Positions 9,299-17,998 of a DNA stretch of 64,000 bases are shown here, one piece after another. Both the position numbers and the translations under genes were made by a program. How positions within the stretch are numbered: position 1 is the first letter of the stretch; every line of letters starts with the position of its first letter. The notes under the pieces are model-generated. The model saw nothing but the letters and a program-made list of their open reading frames with translations, made no database searches and was not told where the DNA came from. This DNA is from a virus (lineage: Duplodnaviria; Caudoviricetes): positions 1 through 64,000 of the IMG/VR virus record IMGVR_UViG_3300033121_001287. The stretch is one strand, 5' to 3'.

Positions 9299-11488
9299 AT
9301 GTTTGGGCCTCGCGTAATTCAGAAGAGCGGCGGGCAGCAGTATGGAACCTCGCCGCTCGATCTGACGCTGACGAATGTGCGAGCAGGTTCGACGCTCGTG
9401 CTGTTGGTGTCAGAAATCTCCGGCTCGAGACCCCTCGAGATCAATGGAGGTGTGGACTCGCGGGGAAACGTGTGGAAGGAAATCGCGCAGCAGACGGAAT
9501 CCTCGAACGGCTTTCAGGCGTGGGTGTTCCTCGCTAAGAATGTCGTTGGGGGAACAACCGTCGTCCGTTTGCAGCAGGTCAGTGGGAGCTCCTACCAAGT
9601 CCAAGCGGCACTGTATGAGGCAGAACCGTCGTCGCTACTTGCGGTATATACATACGAAAACGGCGTTGGTGCTGAGATTCATTATGCGTCGTCATCGGGG
9701 GTGAATACACCTCCCGGTTGCTCGTTCTTCGTCGCTGGAGCGCATCCGGTTGATCGAGGAACGATGGTTCCCTCGAACGGTTTCACTCGCACAACGGATC
9801 TAGGGGATCAGGCACTCGACGAATACTGCATGCTCATGCACTACACGAGCGATGCTGCGCTTACTGGATTTCGTGGAGAGTGGCGTCAGACAGCGGGGTC
9901 CGGCGGAAGCCGTAGCGCCGCCGTGATGGTGGTGTTGCAGAGCGGACCAGATAGCCATCCTGGTGGGCGTTCTCGTCTCATACGTCCATGGTCATCAAGA
10001 TCGATGGAGGCACTCGATATTGACCGATCCAACCCTATCGTTAAAGGGATGCGGGGTTGTGTGATTGGTGGAATACCAGTTGATCTTGTTACTAAAGTTA
10101 ATCGCGTCACACTGAATGGCGCGACGGTTTTTGCAAGTGATGGTCAGTGGGGCCTTGGGTGGGCGGTATCTGGAGGCGCCGACATCCGTTGGTATACTCC
10201 ACTAAATCTAGCTGCTGGTGAATTCACTCTTCGCATTGTGCATCGTCCTGCATGGTGGCCCGGTGCTTACACTGCGGTATTCGATAAGGGCTCAAGTTCG
10301 CAGGAAAGAGAACTGAGTTTGTTTGTCGGTTCTGGTGGCGATGCGTCCTACGCAGGCGTCGGCCTCTATGGATCTGGAGGCGTGGGTGCGCCCTGGACCG
10401 CTGCACTAGGGATGACTGCGGGAAAGACGTGGGACCTGTGCGTCAGGCGCGTCGGTGCGGTGGTTTCGGGTGTTGTTAATGGTGTGCTCAACGCCACAAC
10501 GGTATCGTTAAACACTACGTCCACTGCGGGGGCATATCTAAGTCTCGGGGCAAATCCAACTAATGGTGGGCAGAACTACGATGGTGCCTACTTTCTCATG
10601 CAGTATTGGGATCGAGCACTATCCGCGCGTGAGATGTTTGAGTTGTATCACCCCTCAACACGGTGGAATTTTCTCGCGCCTGCGGTGAATCGATCCTCTG
10701 TGATCGTGCCGACCGTCTACGCTCCGGGAGAACGGCTCGCGGTGAAGCCCGCGCCGATCAATGCGCGTCGCGGTTGGACAGAGCGTCCGAATGGACTTGT
10801 CACACCCGACCAGTCGTGGCCGTTGTTGAGAGGCGCGACGCTCTACGATCACCAGCTCCCCGGATCGAAGATGGTGCGCAGCGGTGCAACGACGTGGCCG
10901 CACGTTGCGATTGGATCGCTTGGCGTCGGCATGCACTGTCGGTCTGATGCGGGAGACGACACGTACTGGTCAGACGCGACGGCGACGCACGGGAACACGA
11001 TCACCCTGGCGCTTTGGGTGCAGTTTATCCGCAATCCCAACACGCCATACTTGGTGTTTTCGAAACGCGCCGCGTGGGACAGCACCGATGGGTTCGGTCT
11101 GTGGTGCGGATACAACGGATCGGATTGGGTGTTTAGCGTCAACGGCACCCGCGCTGGAATGGTTTCTGGCACGTCTGTTGAAGGAAACACCTATCACCTC
11201 GTCGGCACGTACGATCAGCAGAACGTTAAGCTCTACATCAACGGCGTTCTGAATGGGTCTTCGGCGCTGACGGCGGCCATCGGCACGAACGCGTCTGTGC
11301 TTCGTTTCGGCGCGCTGAAGAACAGCGAGATCCTCGTTTACGCGGCGCAGTTTTGGGCCAATCGCGCATTGACTGCGACCGAAGTCGGCATGCTGTATTC
11401 AGCGCAACGCTGGCCTTACACGCCACCACCGCGTCGTGTGATGTCTGCTCCCGTCGCGTACCCCGGTGCGCTGCTGAGGGGGCGGTAA
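9299..11488 (+). CDS. Protein with two LamG/concanavalin-A-like domains (putative appendage or adhesion protein)
   Basis: TITLALWV, YHLVGTYDQQNVKLYINGVLNG, WDRALSAREM and WANRALTATEV LamG_3-type signatures. Confidence 0.75.
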   Translation: MFGPRVIQKSGGQQYGTSPLDLTLTNVRAGSTLVLLVSEISGSRPLEINGGVDSRGNVWKEIAQQTESSNGFQAWVFLAKNVVGGTTVVRLQQVSGSSYQVQAALYEAEPSSLLAVYTYENGVGAEIHYASSSGVNTPPGCSFFVAGAHPVDRGTMVPSNGFTRTTDLGDQALDEYCMLMHYTSDAALTGFRGEWRQTAGSGGSRSAAVMVVLQSGPDSHPGGRSRLIRPWSSRSMEALDIDRSNPIVKGMRGCVIGGIPVDLVTKVNRVTLNGATVFASDGQWGLGWAVSGGADIRWYTPLNLAAGEFTLRIVHRPAWWPGAYTAVFDKGSSSQERELSLFVGSGGDASYAGVGLYGSGGVGAPWTAALGMTAGKTWDLCVRRVGAVVSGVVNGVLNATTVSLNTTSTAGAYLSLGANPTNGGQNYDGAYFLMQYWDRALSAREMFELYHPSTRWNFLAPAVNRSSVIVPTVYAPGERLAVKPAPINARRGWTERPNGLVTPDQSWPLLRGATLYDHQLPGSKMVRSGATTWPHVAIGSLGVGMHCRSDAGDDTYWSDATATHGNTITLALWVQFIRNPNTPYLVFSKRAAWDSTDGFGLWCGYNGSDWVFSVNGTRAGMVSGTSVEGNTYHLVGTYDQQNVKLYINGVLNGSSALTAAIGTNASVLRFGALKNSEILVYAAQFWANRALTATEVGMLYSAQRWPYTPPPRRVMSAPVAYPGALLRGR

Positions 11489-13606
11489 ATGGGCAACTGG
11501 CTGACGCGGCCTGATACGATCATCCTCGACCCGTCGAGTCCGCAGGCGAGGAGACTGCACCTGTGGGTGCCAGGGACGCCAGAAGTCGCTCCGTACGAGC
11601 AGATCTGGCGAACGAGGACAACCCGATTCAACACGACGGAGTCGATTCGACGAGTACCAAGCGCGGGCGGGTTCGGAATGTCGTGCGATGGCACGTCTGC
11701 GACGAACGACAAGCGTGTCGCGACGGTGCCCGCACTGACAACCGCCAATGTGACGCTTGTCACATGGGTGTTCCCCCGGTCTTCTGTGGCGGCGTACTCC
11801 GGATCGCTGTACGAGAACTCGATCGGATACGTCGGGATGTTTGCGTCCGGCGCAGCAGGAAACCCGCTGACGTATCAGTGGGCTGGAGTGACTGCCGAGT
11901 ACAACGGAGACACCGGCCTAACGATTCCCGTGGGCGAGTTGCAGATGTGGGCCGTCGTCATCACGCCAAGCGATGCGACGGTGTATCTCGGTGCGTCGAG
12001 TCTCGGTTTGAAGTCGTGGACACGCACAGCCGCGCATTCTGCTCGAACACTCGACACCGACTGGAAAATCGGACGGGCATCAACGGCAACGCCTGTCAAC
12101 GGCGAGGTCGTCGACGCGCGCATCTACACGCGATCCCTCTCGTCGGCTGAGATCCGAAGCCTCTACGACCCCACGACGCGATGGGGATTGTACCTCCCGC
12201 AGGGTCGTACACGCGTCTTTCTCGTCCGCCCGGCCGCCGACGCACCTCCCGCCGGTGATCAGTCAGTCACTCAGCCGACCATTGGTTCGGGATCGCAGCT
12301 GTTTGGCCCCACGGTTTCCACTGCAAGCACGCTCGCGCAGCCAAACATCGCTTCAACGCTGCAGCTTTTCTCTTCGACCATCGTTGCGCATGCAGCGCTG
12401 ACGCAGCCGACGCTCGCATCCGGTTCGCAGACGTTCGCTCCGTCGGTGATCGCGCATGCGGTCCTGACGCAGCCGCTTTTGTCATCGGCTACGCAGCTGT
12501 TTGCGCCTTCGGTAGCGGCAGCGGGCGTACTGACGCAACCGCACATTGCAAGTGGCGCTCAGACCTATGCGCCAACGGTGACTGCGGCCGGAGCCGTCAG
12601 TCAACCGCACATCAGTTCGACGCAGCAGCTCTTTGCGCCATCCGTAGCTGCAGCCGGTGCGCTGACGCAGCCGCATATCGCGTCTGCTCTGCAGACCTTC
12701 GCGTCCACGGTCGTTGCGGATACTACGCTGACGGCCCCGTTTTTGGCTTCTACGGCGCAGCAGTTCGCACCGTCCGTTACCGCGCATGGGGCTCTTACGC
12801 AGCCCGTGATCGCCACCAGCGCGCAAACGTTCGCGCCCACGGTGCTCGCGCACGCGTTGCTGACTCCTCCGGTCATTGCCACCGGCGCGCAGTTGTTTGC
12901 GCCTGCCGCATCGGCCGCAGGAGCGTTGACGCAGCCGTTCTTGTCAAGCACGGCGACGTTGTACGCTCCGACCGTGGCATCGGCCGGAACAATTACGCAG
13001 CCGACGATTGCAGCTACGTCGCAGTTGTACGCCCCGTCGGTGACGGCCGCCTCCGTCGTGACGCAGCCGGTGATTGCCACTGGTTTGCAGGTCTTTGCGC
13101 CTGCGGTAGCTGCGGAGCGCTCGATCAGCAGCCCGTTCATCGCGTCGGCGGTTCAGACATTCGCACCTTCGGTGGTGGCTGCGGGAGCATTGACGCAGCC
13201 GCTGCTTGCCAGCACCGCAGCGCTGTATCCTCCGGCCCTGTCCGCAGCAGGAACCTTGGTGCAGCCGTTCATTGCATCGACGGCCGCGTTGAATGCACCA
13301 ACGGTCACTGCGAGCTTTACGCTGACGCAGCCGTTGCTCGCGAGTGGCTTGGCGCTCTTTGCTCCAACCGTAGGACTGCCCACTCAGTACGCAAATCTTC
13401 CGCAGATTCCGAGTGGTTCCTCGCTGTTTGCACCATCAGTCATCGCGTCGGCGAATCTGAGTTGCCCGATGATCGGGAGTGGAAGTCAGGTATTCGCTCC
13501 GGGGCTGTTGTTCGCGCTTCCCGTATACCGGGATGTGGTGTATGTGCATCCGGTTTACGATGTGCTTTTCCATCAGTCACGCTATGACGTGCTCTTCGAG
13601 GAATAA
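11489..13606 (+). CDS. LamG-like domain plus 22-aa tandem-repeat fibre-like protein
   Basis: VDARIYTRSLSSAEI LamG end followed by about 19 LTQPxIASxxQxFAPSV repeats. Confidence 0.75.
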   Translation: MGNWLTRPDTIILDPSSPQARRLHLWVPGTPEVAPYEQIWRTRTTRFNTTESIRRVPSAGGFGMSCDGTSATNDKRVATVPALTTANVTLVTWVFPRSSVAAYSGSLYENSIGYVGMFASGAAGNPLTYQWAGVTAEYNGDTGLTIPVGELQMWAVVITPSDATVYLGASSLGLKSWTRTAAHSARTLDTDWKIGRASTATPVNGEVVDARIYTRSLSSAEIRSLYDPTTRWGLYLPQGRTRVFLVRPAADAPPAGDQSVTQPTIGSGSQLFGPTVSTASTLAQPNIASTLQLFSSTIVAHAALTQPTLASGSQTFAPSVIAHAVLTQPLLSSATQLFAPSVAAAGVLTQPHIASGAQTYAPTVTAAGAVSQPHISSTQQLFAPSVAAAGALTQPHIASALQTFASTVVADTTLTAPFLASTAQQFAPSVTAHGALTQPVIATSAQTFAPTVLAHALLTPPVIATGAQLFAPAASAAGALTQPFLSSTATLYAPTVASAGTITQPTIAATSQLYAPSVTAASVVTQPVIATGLQVFAPAVAAERSISSPFIASAVQTFAPSVVAAGALTQPLLASTAALYPPALSAAGTLVQPFIASTAALNAPTVTASFTLTQPLLASGLALFAPTVGLPTQYANLPQIPSGSSLFAPSVIASANLSCPMIGSGSQVFAPGLLFALPVYRDVVYVHPVYDVLFHQSRYDVLFEE
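12266..13522 (+). repeat. 66-bp (22-aa) coding tandem repeat: 17 regular plus 2 degenerate units
   Basis: Units aligned by hand from VTQPTIGSGSQLFGPTV to LSCPMIGSGSQVFAPG. Confidence 0.85.
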
Positions 13607-13609
13607 CTC

Positions 13610-13957
13610 ATGAGCGTTCTGTTTGAGGTCGTCGAAGGCTGGACCGGGGTGCTTGGTCCTTTCACTCTCCGAGTGAACGAAGTTCCACTTGACCTTACAA
13701 GCTATACTGTGGAATTAGTCCTCCGGAGCGGGGATGGCACCCTCATTAGCGTAGCTGGCCAAGTCACAAAGCTCAATCAAGTGGCGAATCCCGGCCAAGT
13801 GACATTTTCACCTGCGGCTGGTGATTTCGTGCATCAGACGGGACGCTACACCCGTAGCACTTCGTACCAGATGCATTGGAAAGCGACGGATGGATCCGGC
13901 AAGGTGGTCTTCTTCCCGAACGACGACTCACTTGAGGTGGTGGTGAATCGTGCCTAG
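13610..13957 (+). CDS. BppU N-terminal-like Ig-fold anchor protein
   Basis: PLDLTSYTVEL...GQVTF...D...GRY...TDGSGKVVFFP pattern. Confidence 0.55.
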   Translation: MSVLFEVVEGWTGVLGPFTLRVNEVPLDLTSYTVELVLRSGDGTLISVAGQVTKLNQVANPGQVTFSPAAGDFVHQTGRYTRSTSYQMHWKATDGSGKVVFFPNDDSLEVVVNRA

Positions 13958-15953
13958 TCTCGCCGTCGTACCCGGCGGCCGGATTGCCTTGCTGCTCCTT
14001 GCGGCACGTGAACGTGCGCTTGGCGGCAAGGGAAGTGGCAATTTCGGCCACAAAGGACGGCCCGGTGAGGTCGGTGGATCTGCTGCGGATAACGGTCTCC
14101 CGCAGGAGCGCGCGTCCGTCGTGCAGAAATTCAACATGCAGGCGATCCCGGCCGGTGCGATGCATCGGATCATGATCAACCCCGAAAATGGGAAGATGAT
14201 TCTTGGCCGCGTCTTTGAGGATCCCGGATCGAACGATGCGATGGACGAAACACACTCTGGTGTTTACTCAGACGCGACTGGGAAAGTGGAAGGATTTGAC
14301 GACTATTATCGTGGATACGTCATGGGTGCGCGACCTTCCACTCCATTCGGGTACATCGAGATATACGATCCTGCAACGTTTGAGGAGTCTTTGGAAGATC
14401 TGACTGAAGACGATAATGCTCGCGTCTTTGATGATCTTTCAAAGATTTTCACACATCTCGCTAAGAACGGTGGCTTGCATCCAAAGACTCGGTGGGCTGG
14501 TGCATTGGATGCGATGCTAGATCAGCCAGTTGAAGTCGGAGAGCAGTTTCCATTCGTCTTCCAGAAGAAGCGCGCGCTCGGCGGCCCTGGCTCAGGGAAC
14601 TTCAATCACAAGGGTCGTCCCGGTCAGGTCGGTGGTTCGTCGTCTGACGGTGGAAGCGCTCGCAACATTCCACTGCGCTATCGCGTGCGTGAGAAGGCCG
14701 CTGCGAAGCCGGCGCGTGCGAAGGAAGCCGCACCGAAGGCCACACTGAAGGCCGCACCGAAACCGAAGCAGCCTGAAACCATCACCGTCTACCACAATTC
14801 GCCCGACGTGTTCGAGGATAACAAGCCGAACTTCTCGGCGTATTTCGGTGATTCTGACTTCCTCAAGTCATTTCCAAACGAGTGGGGTGAGCACACCTAC
14901 GCGATTGACTTGCCCACCGAGAAGCTACTCGATCTTGACAAGGGTTCATCCGACGCGCGTGAGTTCATGACGATCATGGCCACGCTGGCTTATCCGAATG
15001 ATCCGGGGAACCCGGAGTTCATCGAGAAGCTCAAGGCCGGTGATCCTGAAGCGGTGGACGACTTCTACGAGGCGTGGACTGATAAGAGCTTTGTCACTCA
15101 CGCGCTCGAACTTATGCCGAAGTACGAAGCGGTGCGCTTCCGCAGTGAGTTCGTCGTACCGCACCAGACGCTCGCGAAGCTGCAGGGTCGCAAGTTCAAG
15201 GCGCTCGGCGGGCCGGGCAGTGGGAACTTCGGTCACGCAGGAAGGCCCGGTGAGGTTGGCGGCAGCGCTTCAGCCGATGTGAGTATCGAGTTTGTTTCAA
15301 GTGCTACAACGCCGATTGAAAAAACACTTGAACAACTCGATATGAGCGAGGAAAACGTCAAGAGCGCTATTACGTCAATGACCCGTAATTTTCCCGGTAA
15401 GTGGCTCATTGAGGTAACTCCGTTTGGGCGTAATGAACTCAGTATTGAAGGGACTGGAATCTTTCCCGAAGATGAGAGCGCTCCTTCTGGATCTTTCAGT
15501 CGAGTGTTTTCCATTGATGACGAAAACGAGCTTTTTGTAGTGCATTCCTCATTTAGCTTGCCTGAGTCAATGCAAAATCAAGGTCACGCAAAGCTCATGA
15601 TGCGTAATGCTCTTGAAACCTACGATAAAATGGGGGTTTCACAGATTGAGACGCATGCAGTTGACGTCGGTGCCTACGCGTGGGCACGAGCAGGATTCCT
15701 TCCGGAAAAGCCACAGGCTGTTGCACGTTCGATGCGCACACGGATTAACTTACTGACTGATGGTGGCGTGATTACCGAGTCTGACAGATCTCGTTTGCTA
15801 GTTGCCGCGGAGGGTTCACGCGCATTGTGGAGAATAGCTGACGATCCGCAGGGTCGATTGATACTCAGGGGACTAAGCTACGACGCGAAACTAAACTTGA
15901 AGGATTCTGCGGCTGTTCGCCGTGCGCGTCACTACGCAGGACTCGAATCATGA
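13950..15953 (+). CDS. Tagged effector polyprotein 1: unknown domain, ART-like domain, GNAT
   Basis: Tags at 14022, 14580, 15207; TVYHNS..AYFG..YAIDL; QNQGHAK..VGAYAWARAGF. Confidence 0.8.
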   Translation: MPSLAVVPGGRIALLLLAARERALGGKGSGNFGHKGRPGEVGGSAADNGLPQERASVVQKFNMQAIPAGAMHRIMINPENGKMILGRVFEDPGSNDAMDETHSGVYSDATGKVEGFDDYYRGYVMGARPSTPFGYIEIYDPATFEESLEDLTEDDNARVFDDLSKIFTHLAKNGGLHPKTRWAGALDAMLDQPVEVGEQFPFVFQKKRALGGPGSGNFNHKGRPGQVGGSSSDGGSARNIPLRYRVREKAAAKPARAKEAAPKATLKAAPKPKQPETITVYHNSPDVFEDNKPNFSAYFGDSDFLKSFPNEWGEHTYAIDLPTEKLLDLDKGSSDAREFMTIMATLAYPNDPGNPEFIEKLKAGDPEAVDDFYEAWTDKSFVTHALELMPKYEAVRFRSEFVVPHQTLAKLQGRKFKALGGPGSGNFGHAGRPGEVGGSASADVSIEFVSSATTPIEKTLEQLDMSEENVKSAITSMTRNFPGKWLIEVTPFGRNELSIEGTGIFPEDESAPSGSFSRVFSIDDENELFVVHSSFSLPESMQNQGHAKLMMRNALETYDKMGVSQIETHAVDVGAYAWARAGFLPEKPQAVARSMRTRINLLTDGGVITESDRSRLLVAAEGSRALWRIADDPQGRLILRGLSYDAKLNLKDSAAVRRARHYAGLES

Positions 15954-17998
15954 GTGACTGGCTGATTGAAGAACTGCTCGGCGACGACGACTACATTCCG
16001 CAACCGGATGAGTACGACGATGATCCGGAACCGAAGTCGCTTGGCGGGCCGGGCAGTGGGAACTTCGGTCACGCGGGTCGTCCCGGTGAGATTGGTGGAT
16101 CCGCACTGGCTGCGGAGGGCAACCGCATTTTCAAGACTCGTGACGATCTGAAGCTGAACAAGGGTTGGTACGGCGAGAAGGACTACTACACGTGGAAAGA
16201 CAAGCCCGGCATGATGGTGACCGGGCGCGTACTTGACAAGGCCGAACTTCCCGACACACTTTACCACGTCACGACGAACGCAACCGCCGTCGAATCATCC
16301 GGCTACCTGCGCGGACAGAACGCCGACGTGGGGCTTGGTGGCGGGCAGGAAGACGGTGTGTCGTTTACCACCGATCTGACCGACGCGAAGGTGATTCAGC
16401 GCGAGCTTCGTCGGGCCGTCGAAATCGCGCAGCAGAAGCACACCATCGAGAGTCTTGACCGCTTCGCGCGAGAAGACGAGCAAGAGGCCGGGATGGCAGA
16501 GGGCTCGCTGAACGACGCGGTGAACTACGCGCGCAGGAATTGGGATGTCAATATCACTTCCCCGGTGTACGACTCAGAGCAGAAGAAGGCCTCGCTGCTC
16601 GAAGACGTATTCAAGATGTACCTGCAGATTCGCGGCAACTCGAAGGATCCACTGCTGAAAAACCCGATGCTCTTCGGGCGGCAGGAGCATTTGCGGAATC
16701 TGGATCCGAACAACATCCGCACGCTGCACGTGCCGAAGAGTGGCATTCCGGATCGTGCGCTGGTGACTTCCGGCTCGGACGATTTCCTGCACGAGGTGCG
16801 CGTCTATTCCGACGTACCCGTCGCCGGGATGCGCGTGGCGGGCGGCCCCGGCAGCGGGAACTTCGGACACGCTGGCAGACCGGGGTCTCCGGACGAGTAC
16901 GACGATCTTGAGGTGCTTGGCGGGAAGGGGAGCGGTAACTTCGGTCACAAGGGTCGGCCCGGTCAGGTTGGTGGATCGGCCGGTTGGCAATCCGGCAGCT
17001 ACGATGCTCCGCGTGGACAGGAAGAGAACTGGCTCAATGACTCAGTTCGTAATCCACTGCTCCCATCGGATTTGAAACTTGAGGGAAGCGAGCAAGCTGA
17101 TAACAAGCTGATCAAGGAGTACCACTCGAAGACGCTTCCGGCAAAGGCCATCGCGCTATGGGACAAGGCTGTTACGACTGAGATTGGTCGCGGTAACAGC
17201 CCCACAAAGGTGGTGCCCGTTGACAAGATTCTCACTCGGCAAGCTACGCTTGCAACTCGCATCGTGGAGGGTTACAAGAGAGATCTTGAGTCAATGGGTC
17301 GTTTCATTATCGGTGGCGCGAACGACCCTGTAGGATCGGCGATCAAGTACGGAGATCAGTACCTGCTTATCGATGGTAATCACCGGATTAACGCGCTGAT
17401 GCGTACCGGATCGAAGCGGGTTGAGATTCGCATCGTCGCTGAGATCCCCAAGGCCCGCGATCTTGGCGGCCCCGGCAGTGGCAACTTTGGCCATGCCGGT
17501 CGCCCCGGTGAGATCGGTGGATCGGCCCCGGCCGAGATGCCCGCGCATGCGAAAGAGACGCTCGACGCGTGGATCGCCGATTCCGACTACGCGATCAACG
17601 CAGCCGCGCGCAGCAAGCAGGATTCAGCGCTCGTCAAGCGGATGGACGAAGTGATCGCAGCAAGCCCCGTCGTCGATGGCACGGTCTATCGCGGAGTGAG
17701 TTTGGATCCCGAAGATCCGAACCAGATTTACATCCTTGACAATCTCAGGAAGGGTTACTCCTTCGGTGAGAAGGGCTTCTCTTCAGTCACCTCGAACGAG
17801 AAGATCGCAACTGACTTCGCCACGGGCGGGAACACCGGCAACGTAGAGGTTGTGTTCGAGATGAAGGTCAGTGGCCGACGCGGTGCCGTCGTACCGAGTG
17901 GGCTGGACGAGACGGTGCTCGAACGCGGAGTTACCTACAAGATTGACAAAGTGGTTCGCAACGGGTCGAGAGTCAAGGTGACCGGGAGAATCTTCTAG
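15950..17998 (+). CDS. Tagged effector polyprotein 2: ART-like, empty module, ParB/Srx-like, R-S-E ADP-ribosyltransferase
   Basis: LYHVTT..VSFTTD..HEVRV; YLLIDGNHRINAL; VYRG..GFSSVT..LDETVL. Confidence 0.8.
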   Translation: MSDWLIEELLGDDDYIPQPDEYDDDPEPKSLGGPGSGNFGHAGRPGEIGGSALAAEGNRIFKTRDDLKLNKGWYGEKDYYTWKDKPGMMVTGRVLDKAELPDTLYHVTTNATAVESSGYLRGQNADVGLGGGQEDGVSFTTDLTDAKVIQRELRRAVEIAQQKHTIESLDRFAREDEQEAGMAEGSLNDAVNYARRNWDVNITSPVYDSEQKKASLLEDVFKMYLQIRGNSKDPLLKNPMLFGRQEHLRNLDPNNIRTLHVPKSGIPDRALVTSGSDDFLHEVRVYSDVPVAGMRVAGGPGSGNFGHAGRPGSPDEYDDLEVLGGKGSGNFGHKGRPGQVGGSAGWQSGSYDAPRGQEENWLNDSVRNPLLPSDLKLEGSEQADNKLIKEYHSKTLPAKAIALWDKAVTTEIGRGNSPTKVVPVDKILTRQATLATRIVEGYKRDLESMGRFIIGGANDPVGSAIKYGDQYLLIDGNHRINALMRTGSKRVEIRIVAEIPKARDLGGPGSGNFGHAGRPGEIGGSAPAEMPAHAKETLDAWIADSDYAINAAARSKQDSALVKRMDEVIAASPVVDGTVYRGVSLDPEDPNQIYILDNLRKGYSFGEKGFSSVTSNEKIATDFATGGNTGNVEVVFEMKVSGRRGAVVPSGLDETVLERGVTYKIDKVVRNGSRVKVTGRIF

